Source of the DNA: a virus | Lineage: Duplodnaviria; Caudoviricetes | Virus record (IMG/VR): IMGVR_UViG_3300027820_000064 | Span: 1 to 37,797 of that record | Direction: 5' to 3' (one strand) | DNA length: 37,797 nt | In this document: positions 1 to 6,880 of the stretch, one piece after another | Layout of the letters: each line of letters starts with the position of its first letter | Position numbering within the stretch: the stretch's first letter is position 1 | The notes under the pieces: generated by a model | The model's input: only the letters and a program-made list of their open reading frames with translations | Told to the model about the DNA's origin: nothing | Databases searched by the model: none | Made by a program: the position numbers and the translations under genes

Positions 1-156
1 CACTTGATGGCGGTTGCGCATGCTTTGGCCACTGTCACGGCATATGAATCAGACCTTAAGTCGGCAACCATTGCACTGCCAGCACTCATGGCAGAGATGG
101 CCGATGCGTGGGTGAATGCGATGGCAGAACGCGACGAAGATGGTCTGTTGGATTAA
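1..156 (+). CDS. 3' fragment of hypothetical protein (allele of 35354-35917)
   Basis: Frame 1 reads HLMAVAHALATV...ERDEDGLLD*; 30/51 aa identical to the C-terminus of 35354-35917. Confidence 0.85.
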   Translation, partial: HLMAVAHALATVTAYESDLKSATIALPALMAEMADAWVNAMAERDEDGLLD

Positions 157-234
157 AAGAAATGGGCGAGCTGTAAAGCCCGCCCATCTCAATTTTGCCC
201 AAACTTAAAGGTGATGGAAGCAACAACCATCACC
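155..234 (-). ncRNA. Putative small RNA (sRNA-1, copy A): 5' hairpin, linker, intrinsic terminator
   Basis: GGUGAUGG/CCAUCACC stem, then GAGAUGGGCGGGC-loop-GCUCGCCCAUUUC-UUUU; upstream promoter; conserved in copy B except in the terminator loop. Confidence 0.65.
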
Positions 235-237
235 AAA

Positions 238-266
238 AGCCTATCCAAGCAAACGACCAGTGGCAA
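238..266 (-). promoter_or_regulatory. Sigma70-type promoter of sRNA-1
   Basis: TTGCCA-N17-TAGGCT; both hexamers identical in copy B, with 4 substitutions confined to the spacer. Confidence 0.65.
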
Positions 267-335
267 CACATAAATGTTGCATTCACAGTTTCCGCACCTT
301 ATAAAAAGTCTGCGGAACTGATGAAAGGATGCGGC

Positions 336-638
336 ATGAAAAATCTAAGCAGGGCCATCGCCCACATGCAAAAAGCTACAGAGCTGTTGAACGAAATTTT
401 GGAAGGTATCGACACTGGGCCAAAATACAGGGTGCCGGGTGGTCCGCCGCCAGCGAGCGGTTTTCGCGGCGTGACGAAAGACAAACGCACCGGTCGGTTC
501 GGCGCCAAGGCGTGGGTAAATGGAAAATCAAAATGGGTTGGAACATACGAAACCGCCGAGCAGGCAGCAGCCGCTGTCAGTGCATATGAGGCATCCCAAA
601 AAGCACTTACCGAGGTTAAAATTGCTAACTTCGATTAA
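336..638 (+). CDS. AP2-domain DNA-binding protein with N-terminal helix (copy A)
   Basis: SGFRGVTKDKRTGRFGAKAWVNGKSKWVGTYETAEQAAAA is an AP2 motif; RBS AAGGA before ATG 336. Confidence 0.8.
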   Translation: MKNLSRAIAHMQKATELLNEILEGIDTGPKYRVPGGPPPASGFRGVTKDKRTGRFGAKAWVNGKSKWVGTYETAEQAAAAVSAYEASQKALTEVKIANFD

Positions 639-669
639 CTTCGAGACTTCGGTAAATAACTCCCTGTAA

Positions 670-724
670 GTAGTCACCGAGGAGGTTTGTATATGTAATA
701 TACAACCTCCTCGGTGAACTACTA
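670..724. other. Long inverted repeat/hairpin, candidate replication origin (copy A)
   Basis: CACCGAGGAGGT(T)TGTATAT-gta-ATATACAACCTCCTCGGTG; 55 nt identical to 36434-36488 while the flanks diverge. Confidence 0.6.
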
Positions 725-766
725 GGGTTATACAGGTGACTTCGAGAAAAGGAGGTCTGCGGCACA

Positions 767-1273
767 ATGGTTAAGGTTAGATTGAACAGGCAGGAGCTGG
801 CAGAGGTTCAGCAGGCAGCGGCGTTAAGGTGGCAGCTTGCAAGGGCGTCTGCAGTGGCCAACCAAAAGCGGGCGGCGGTTGATGATAGTCAGCTGGACGT
901 TCTCGGGCTGAAGGCGGAATGCGCGGTGGCCAAGCTGTTTGGTGTGGCAAGCAACACGCAGGCACTAGGCATCGACAGTGGCCAAGATGTTTGGGTTGGC
1001 GAATTTAGCATCGATGTGAAGGCGACGTTTCACCAGACGGGGGTTTTGCTGTTTAAGTCGGCGGCGGCCTTCAAGGCAGATTGCGCGGTGCTAGTGACGG
1101 TAACTGAGGAAGACGATGTGATGAACGTAATTGGCGGCATAAGCCGAAAGATGTTCCTTGAACGGCACCGGCAGGCTGATCTAGGACGTGGGCCGTGCCT
1201 TGTCATGGGGCAAGATGAAATTTGGCCTATCGAAACGCTATGGCGGAAATTGGCGGAAATGAGGTTTCACTGA
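767..1273 (+). CDS. Hypothetical protein, possible PD-(D/E)XK nuclease fold (copy A)
   Basis: E...D(x8)IDVK pattern; 166/168 aa identical to 36541-37047. Confidence 0.6.
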   Translation: MVKVRLNRQELAEVQQAAALRWQLARASAVANQKRAAVDDSQLDVLGLKAECAVAKLFGVASNTQALGIDSGQDVWVGEFSIDVKATFHQTGVLLFKSAAAFKADCAVLVTVTEEDDVMNVIGGISRKMFLERHRQADLGRGPCLVMGQDEIWPIETLWRKLAEMRFH

Positions 1274-1866
1274 TGGCAAGGGCTGGCAAGGTGAAGGCGC
1301 CAGTGCGTCAAAAGAAATCGGACAGGCTGACACACCCGAAGGTCAGCGAAGCGGAACAGATTATTGATTATACGATAGCGCCACTGCAGCGGGCCATTCA
1401 GCAGGCGGACGAAAGGTGGGGAATAGATATGTTGCCGGAGCTAGTTTCGCACGAATCAGCGGCCAAATGGGGGCTATGTATGGCGAGGCTAAACGAGGCG
1501 ATTGATAAACACGATGCAGAGGCCGTTACACAGTGGGTTGGAGCGTCTTTGCGGGGGTTGGGTCATATGGAAGCCGAGGCGGTAAAGCTGGGGGCCAGCA
1601 GGGCGCCAGAGGGCGTGTTTGAGGTGGAAGATGGTAGCGGGAATATCTTTGCAATCATGGAAGATGGCAGAAGCTGGCAATCAATACAGAAAAGCATGCC
1701 TGAAATAAAACTTTTGACACGGCGTGAGGCTGCAGTGGCTATAGCATTTTATCAGAAGCACGCGCTTGGGATAATGGTTGACGAGATAAAGCAGCACTTC
1801 CCCAAGGCAGAGGTTTTAGGGGTGACGAAAGATGATGATCTAAACGACGAGATAAATTTTCTATAA
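1273..1866 (+). CDS. Conserved phage hypothetical protein (copy A)
   Basis: TGATG coupling with the upstream gene; mostly synonymous changes versus copy B; acidic DDDLNDEINFL tail. Confidence 0.75.
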   Translation: MARAGKVKAPVRQKKSDRLTHPKVSEAEQIIDYTIAPLQRAIQQADERWGIDMLPELVSHESAAKWGLCMARLNEAIDKHDAEAVTQWVGASLRGLGHMEAEAVKLGASRAPEGVFEVEDGSGNIFAIMEDGRSWQSIQKSMPEIKLLTRREAAVAIAFYQKHALGIMVDEIKQHFPKAEVLGVTKDDDLNDEINFL

Positions 1867-1946
1867 GAGGCTGCACAGGGGCTGTTTACCGGTCTAGCCA
1901 TTCGTGATACCTTTAAGCGTGACAAGAGGCATGCACGGGAAGCACA

Positions 1947-2462
1947 ATGACAGAGACAGGTAAACGAGGGCAGTGTATGTATTGCCACGAGCCTTTCCTG
2001 ATTGGTAAGCGGAAAAGGCTGTTTTGCTCAGACAAGTGCAAAACTAGATACAGCCGTGAATTTAGGTCTTGTTTTTATTGCGGCAGCATAGCTGACACGC
2101 GCGACCACATAACGCCACACGCAACAGAAAAGCCAAACAGCTCTAAGCGGCAGTGGTCAACCGACTACGTTAATGCGTGTAAGGAATGTAACTCAATACT
2201 TAGCGATAATTTCCCATGGTCGCTATATGATCGCGTCATGTATTTGCACGACAAGTTTAAGCAAAAGAAAAAACTTAACATGCCGTTTGTTGAATGGGAT
2301 GAAGATGACCTTGAAGAGGTTTCAGACACCATGCGAACATGGATAGCAAACGAGCAGCAAAAGCGCTGGGCGGATGAGAGAAGGCTTAGCCACATAAGGC
2401 TTGTTGCATTGAAGGTTGCAAAGTTTCAGAATGGAGACTTGCAAGACGGTGAAGAGGATTGA
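1947..2462 (+). CDS. HNH endonuclease with Zn-finger motifs
   Basis: CMYC...CSDKC, then CFYCG...DHITP...NACKECN. Confidence 0.75.
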   Translation: MTETGKRGQCMYCHEPFLIGKRKRLFCSDKCKTRYSREFRSCFYCGSIADTRDHITPHATEKPNSSKRQWSTDYVNACKECNSILSDNFPWSLYDRVMYLHDKFKQKKKLNMPFVEWDEDDLEEVSDTMRTWIANEQQKRWADERRLSHIRLVALKVAKFQNGDLQDGEED

Positions 2463-2734
2463 ACGGCATGGAAAACGAACGCACAAAGGTTTTGCAAGAG
2501 GCAAACGAGCTGATAAACGGCCAGCGGCAATCTGACTACGGCACTCCGCGGGCAAATTTCAGTGCGATTGCAGATATGTGGTCTGCCTACCTTGGCGCCG
2601 ACATTGAACCGCGCGACGTGGCAAACATGATGGCGCTTCTTAAAATTGCCCGGCTGCGGATGGCAAACCATAGGGATTCAGCGGTTGACGGTGCCGGGTA
2701 TCTTGCGCTTGGGCATGAGTTAGGCTTAGAGTGA
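2459..2734 (+). CDS. DUF6378-like phage protein
   Basis: LQEANELINGQRQSDYG-P--NF--IA-MWSAYL...LKIAR...DSAVDGAGY motif. Confidence 0.75.
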   Translation: MNGMENERTKVLQEANELINGQRQSDYGTPRANFSAIADMWSAYLGADIEPRDVANMMALLKIARLRMANHRDSAVDGAGYLALGHELGLE

Positions 2735-2736
2735 CG

Positions 2737-2803
2737 ATGTGTCACTGTTTGGCATATCCCCTCCCTGAAACTGGCCAGCGCTTTGTGTGCTGGCCGTTTT
2801 TTT
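2737..2803 (+). ncRNA. Putative anti-Shine-Dalgarno sRNA (sRNA-2, alpha-r8/suhB/MmgR-like)
   Basis: 5' hairpin AUGUGUCA/UGGCAUAU, unpaired CCCCUCCCU, terminator GGCCAGCGC/GUGCUGGCC plus U7; candidate promoter TTGCGC-N18-TAGAGT at 2703-2732. Confidence 0.55.
2773..2803 (+). terminator. Intrinsic terminator
   Basis: 9-bp GC-rich stem followed by T7. Confidence 0.8.
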
Positions 2804-2813
2804 AGGTGACGCG

Positions 2814-3002
2814 ATGGAAAATATCGTAATCGACCCCGGCCAGTTTGACGAAGAAGAGCTGCAAGAAATTGTCGAGCTGTTTGTTTTAGCGTCTGTTGAA
2901 ATGATTGCAGATGGCGAGGATGCCGGGCTGGTGACAACGGCCATGGCGATTGCGTTGCGCATGTTGCTTGAAGAATACGGGGAAAAAGAGCGGCTGCACT
3001 AG
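2814..3002 (+). CDS. Small acidic hypothetical protein
   Basis: AGGTG RBS, ATG 2814, 62 aa. Confidence 0.6.
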   Translation: MENIVIDPGQFDEEELQEIVELFVLASVEMIADGEDAGLVTTAMAIALRMLLEEYGEKERLH

Positions 3003-3097
3003 GTGAGCCGCTCTTTGCTTTTGTCAGAATAGGTAGAATGGTGCGGCGCAGATTGTGAAGAGTGCGATTGCGCCCAATAGGTCGCTGGCAAATTGTT

Positions 3098-3385
3098 TCA
3101 TGCTGCGGCCTTTCTTGCTGCGTCTGCGCCTGCAATAAATGCGCGGATGTTGTCGTAAGTTTCACGGGCAGTGCCGCGTGGGGTTATGTCGCGTTCGCCG
3201 CCGCTTTCATTGCAAAGTTGACTAAGACGATAGCCGCCATATGCGCAATCTAGAACATAAGTGCCGGGGTTTGCCTTAAACTTGCCGTCTGCGTCTTTGC
3301 TGTATGCCTGCAGGCTGTAGCCAAACATTGCATTCAGGTTGTCGATCTGGTGCTGCAGGTGTTTCTTTGTGATGCGGTTTGTCAT
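3098..3385 (-). CDS. Hypothetical protein (MTNRITKKHL...)
   Basis: RBS AAAGGAAG; own promoter candidate TTGCAT-N17-TATGTA at 3449-3421. Confidence 0.75.
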   Translation of the reverse strand: MTNRITKKHLQHQIDNLNAMFGYSLQAYSKDADGKFKANPGTYVLDCAYGGYRLSQLCNESGGERDITPRGTARETYDNIRAFIAGADAARKAAA

Positions 3386-3594
3386 GGTGTGCTTCCTTTC
3401 TGTATTAATGTGATAAACAATACATAAAACACCCACCAACACAATGCAAGCACAAAAAGCAAAAAGATTGAAAAAAGTTTGGCAACACTCCACAACGCAC
3501 AGCGGCCAACACCGACGCACACGCGCGCGCGTTCATATATATGGCCGGGAAGGTCTGCAAATCTGCAAACCCAAGTTTGCAAATGTGCAAAGCC

Positions 3595-3612
3595 CACACA
3601 ACATGTTGTGTG
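3595..3612. promoter_or_regulatory. Perfect 18-bp palindrome matching the NrdR-box consensus
   Basis: cACACAACATGTTGTGTg versus acaCwAtATaTwGtgt. Confidence 0.45.
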
Positions 3613-3855
3613 CGTGTGTTTGTAATGCGTCAGCAAAACGCTAACCAATTGAAAACATTGCATGCACTATGCAGCATAAGCACACTTACACGCCATATGC
3701 GTTAAATGCTTTATGCGTCATGCCAGCACGTGCTTGCATTCTGCCAGAGGCTAGGCCGCAGACCCCCCCCACCCCGCAACTTTTCGGGGGCGGTGTTATT
3801 ATCTACCCTCCGACATACTGTTCAAAAAAAATTCCACAAAATTTTAACAAAAGGT

Positions 3856-3884
3856 TTGACGCATAAAGACGGCAAACATATGTT
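3856..3884 (+). promoter_or_regulatory. Sigma70-type promoter for the HNH-terS-terL operon
   Basis: TTGACG-N17-TATGTT, followed by RBS AAAGGAG. Confidence 0.65.
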
Positions 3885-3903
3885 AAACGGAAAGGAGACA
3901 GAA

Positions 3904-4515
3904 ATGACCGCACGATGTTCAAACCATCCTGACAAGCCTGTCATGGCCAAAGGCTTATGCGCTGCCTGCTACATGCGGCAGCATCGCGCCAAAAAATCTA
4001 CGTATGTTGGGCGCAGGCCCAATGGCGCAAACTACGATGTTGCGCTTGCTGCAAAAGCTGACTGGGTTGATAGATTTTATGCTAAGATTGATCGCAGCGG
4101 TGATTGCCATGTGTGGACAGGGCAGAAAACCAACGCTGGCTACGGTGTATTCTACGTTGCGAACATGACGTTGCTGGCGCATCGGTTAATGCGTGCGATA
4201 AACGGAGGAAATCTTTTGGCGCCGGTTGTTATGCACACATGCGACAACCCATCGTGCGTCAACCCTGCGCATCTGCAAGACGGCACTTATGCTGACAACA
4301 TGGCTGACATGGACGCCAAGGGCCGCCGTAATGTAACTGAAAAATCTGGCGCACATTTGAAGGACAGGCAAAATCATCCAAAGGCACGCCGCGTTATGAC
4401 GCCAGTTGGAGAATTTGCCAGTGCGTCATTGGCTGCAGATACGCTTGGAATTAGCAGGCGCTATGCACAGCGGCTTGCAAGTGATTGCCGTAATGGTTGG
4501 AAGTGGTTAGATTAG
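3904..4515 (+). CDS. HNH endonuclease with C-terminal NUMOD1-like helix
   Basis: CHVWTG...GYG...AHR...VMHTCDNPSCVNPAHL...N motif; strong RBS at 3891-3897. Confidence 0.85.
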   Translation: MTARCSNHPDKPVMAKGLCAACYMRQHRAKKSTYVGRRPNGANYDVALAAKADWVDRFYAKIDRSGDCHVWTGQKTNAGYGVFYVANMTLLAHRLMRAINGGNLLAPVVMHTCDNPSCVNPAHLQDGTYADNMADMDAKGRRNVTEKSGAHLKDRQNHPKARRVMTPVGEFASASLAADTLGISRRYAQRLASDCRNGWKWLD

Positions 4516-4536
4516 GCTGAAAATGTGGAGGCAAAC

Positions 4537-5031
4537 ATGGCTGGCAAGCCACTGACGAAAAAATTGTTCACTGATCTGGAGGAGGCAGCGCAAAGTGAAG
4601 GCAAAACCGCTGCCGACTTTTTGTATGATTACATTGCTGACGGCGGTTCAGTGAAGGCGCTGGCAGAGAAGTTGGGTTTCAACCGGTCGCATGTTAGCAA
4701 GGAGTTAAACAAACATCCTGAATTTCGCAAAGTGCTTGATGACGCGAAGAAGCAGAGCGCGGAGGCCCTGATTGAAGATGCCAGCGAAATGGCTGACGAG
4801 ATGGCTGAAAAGATGGACAACGGCGCTGATGTGCGCAGCGAGCGTATTGCTGTCTTGCGTGAGCAGATCAACATGCGTAAGTTTCGCGCTGCGTCCAGAG
4901 ACCCGCAACAGTTTGGCAAGCAGGATAATCACATTACGATTAACTTGGGCGACCTTCACCTTGACGCTTTGCGCAAGCACAGGTCCAATGTGATTGACAT
5001 TACGCCAAGCGGGAGTTCCGACGATGAGTGA
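4537..5031 (+). CDS. terS: Terminase small subunit
   Basis: N-terminal HTH, immediately upstream of terL, C-terminal INLGDLHLDALRK. Confidence 0.7.
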   Translation: MAGKPLTKKLFTDLEEAAQSEGKTAADFLYDYIADGGSVKALAEKLGFNRSHVSKELNKHPEFRKVLDDAKKQSAEALIEDASEMADEMAEKMDNGADVRSERIAVLREQINMRKFRAASRDPQQFGKQDNHITINLGDLHLDALRKHRSNVIDITPSGSSDDE

Positions 5032-6430
5032 ACAGCAGGACAACCCGCTTCTTGATTTTGTGAACATGTATCGGGCAGACCCGGTGGCCTTTGTTAAGGA
5101 GGTTCTTGGCGGGACGCCGACTGCCTATCAGGAGGAAGCGCTGGCAGCGTTGGCCAAGGGCGAGCGCAAGATGTCGATCAGGTCTGGCCACGGCACGGGC
5201 AAGTCAACATTTGCCAGCTGGGCGATGCTGTGGTTTTTGATGTTTCGGTTTCCCAACAAGGTTGTCGTGACGGCACCCACCACTGGCCAGCTGTTTGACG
5301 CCTTGTTTGCTGAATTGAAGAAATGGATCACGGAGATGCCGAAGCAGCTACAACCGCTGCTGAACGTAAAGTCGGATCGTGTTGAGTTGGTTGCAGCCCC
5401 AAGTGAAGCATTCATCTCGGCCAGAACGTCACGGGCTGAGACACCTGAAGCATTGGCCGGTGTTCACAGCGAGCATGTGCTGCTTGTTGTTGATGAAGCC
5501 AGCGGTGTGCCTGAGCCGGTGTTTGAAGCGGCGGCTGGCTCGATGTCCGGGCATTCTGCTACTACGTTGTTGCTGGGCAACCCGACACGTTCAAGCGGCA
5601 CGTTTTTTGAAAGCCAGAACAGGATGGCGCATTCTTGGTGGGTGCGGCGTTGGTCGTGCTTGGACAGCCCGCTGGTGTCTGATGAGTTTGTCGAAGAAAT
5701 TAAGTTGCGCTACGGCGAGGAAAGTAATGCTTTTCGTATCCGTGTGCTTGGCGAGTTTCCTCTTGCTGATGATGACACGATCATTCCGATCCATTTAGCC
5801 GAAGCTGCGCGTGATCGTGACATTGAGACGCCAAAAGATACCAAGCCTGTGTGGGGCCTTGATGTAGCACGCTTTGGGACGGACAAGACGGCGTTGGCTA
5901 AGCGCACCGGGCCTGTCGTAACTGAGATTGAGCGCTGGCAGGGTTTGGACCTGATGCAGACTGTTGGTCGGGTAAAGGCGGAGTATGATGGCCTGCCGTT
6001 TAGCCTGCGGCCATCTGAGATACTTGTTGACAGCATCGGCCTTGGCGCTGGCGTCGTTGACCGTTTGCGTGAGTTGGGCTTGCCGGTGCGTGGTGTGAAC
6101 GTGTCTGAAGCGCCGAGCATGGGTAAGACGTATCAGAATTTGCGGACTGAGTTGATTTTCAAGTTGCGCGGTTGGCTTGAGGAGAGGGGTAGTAAAATAC
6201 CCCATGACGACCAACTCATTGCGGAATTAACGTCAATCAGGTATAGTTTCGGCAGTTCCGGCAAGATGAAGGCTGAGAGCAAGGACGAGATGCGGCGGCG
6301 TGGCTTGGGTTCACCTGACTTGGCTGATGCTGTCTGCCTAACGATGGCGAGCGATGCTGCCACTGCGTTGGGCGTAGGATCAACATCGTGGGGCCAGCCC
6401 CTGCGCAGGAATTTAAAGGGCGTGGCTTGA
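5024..6430 (+). CDS. terL: Terminase large subunit
   Basis: Walker A SGHGTGKS, Walker B VVDEA, GNP motif, nuclease motifs GLDVARFGTD and SPDLADA. Confidence 0.95.
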   Translation: MSEQQDNPLLDFVNMYRADPVAFVKEVLGGTPTAYQEEALAALAKGERKMSIRSGHGTGKSTFASWAMLWFLMFRFPNKVVVTAPTTGQLFDALFAELKKWITEMPKQLQPLLNVKSDRVELVAAPSEAFISARTSRAETPEALAGVHSEHVLLVVDEASGVPEPVFEAAAGSMSGHSATTLLLGNPTRSSGTFFESQNRMAHSWWVRRWSCLDSPLVSDEFVEEIKLRYGEESNAFRIRVLGEFPLADDDTIIPIHLAEAARDRDIETPKDTKPVWGLDVARFGTDKTALAKRTGPVVTEIERWQGLDLMQTVGRVKAEYDGLPFSLRPSEILVDSIGLGAGVVDRLRELGLPVRGVNVSEAPSMGKTYQNLRTELIFKLRGWLEERGSKIPHDDQLIAELTSIRYSFGSSGKMKAESKDEMRRRGLGSPDLADAVCLTMASDAATALGVGSTSWGQPLRRNLKGVA

Positions 6431-6864
6431 TGGACGATCAAAAGCGTTACAAGAATTTTGCTGACATGTTTGACGGCGGCGGTATGGGTCGTTCTGGCGA
6501 CAAGTTTGAGGGCGGCGGGTTGCTGTCGATGCTTGGTAATGCCTTGGGGATTGCGCCGTATGGTGCGCAGCGCGAGCGTGACCTTGAAATGGCGTCTAAG
6601 GTTGCTGCTGGCGTTGCCTTGAAGCCAGAAGTTGCGCAGCCTGTTATCCGCGCAGAAGAGATGGCATACGGCGGTCGTGGTGACTATGGCATGCCTCAGC
6701 AGCCAATGCAGTATGGTGGTCGCGGAGATTATGGTATGCCTCAGCAGCCTATGCAGTATGGCGGCCGTGGCCCAGCTGGAATGCCTTACCCTGAGTTTGC
6801 GCAAGATGAGCTGAGCCGTCAAAACATTGATTATCTTCGTTCCATTGGAATGATTGATTACTAA
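6430..6864 (+). CDS. Gly/Met/Gln-rich low-complexity protein with 15-aa repeats
   Basis: Coupled to the terL stop (TGATG); YGGRGDYGMPQQPMQ repeats. Confidence 0.7.
   Translation: MDDQKRYKNFADMFDGGGMGRSGDKFEGGGLLSMLGNALGIAPYGAQRERDLEMASKVAAGVALKPEVAQPVIRAEEMAYGGRGDYGMPQQPMQYGGRGDYGMPQQPMQYGGRGPAGMPYPEFAQDELSRQNIDYLRSIGMIDY
6667..6771 (+). repeat. 45-nt coding tandem repeat (~2.3 copies)
   Basis: The two full units differ only at synonymous sites. Confidence 0.85.
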
Positions 6865-6880
6865 TTAGGGAGCTACTGAT

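Larger units (their letters stand above)
1..2023 (+). repeat. Imperfect terminal direct repeat, copy A (divergent allele of 35762-37797)
   Basis: Same genes in the same order; identity rises from ~59% aa (first ORF) to 100% nt over the last 127 nt. Confidence 0.95.

Noticed and set aside
214-273. 19-codon + strand ORF MEATTITKSLSKQTTSGNT in the conserved intergenic block
   Set aside because: The four allele differences change three amino acids and there is no properly spaced RBS; the conservation is better explained by the minus-strand sRNA and promoter
1-2023. True terminal redundancy or LTR-like ends
   Set aside because: Packaging-derived terminal repeats should be identical; these are diverged and end in an exact 127-nt overlap typical of assembly
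3706-3903. N-terminal extension of the HNH gene in the ORF track
   Set aside because: The promoter at 3856-3884 and RBS AAAGGAG point to ATG 3904
6667-6771. CRISPR-like array
   Set aside because: Contiguous in-frame coding repeats with no unique spacers and no cas genes
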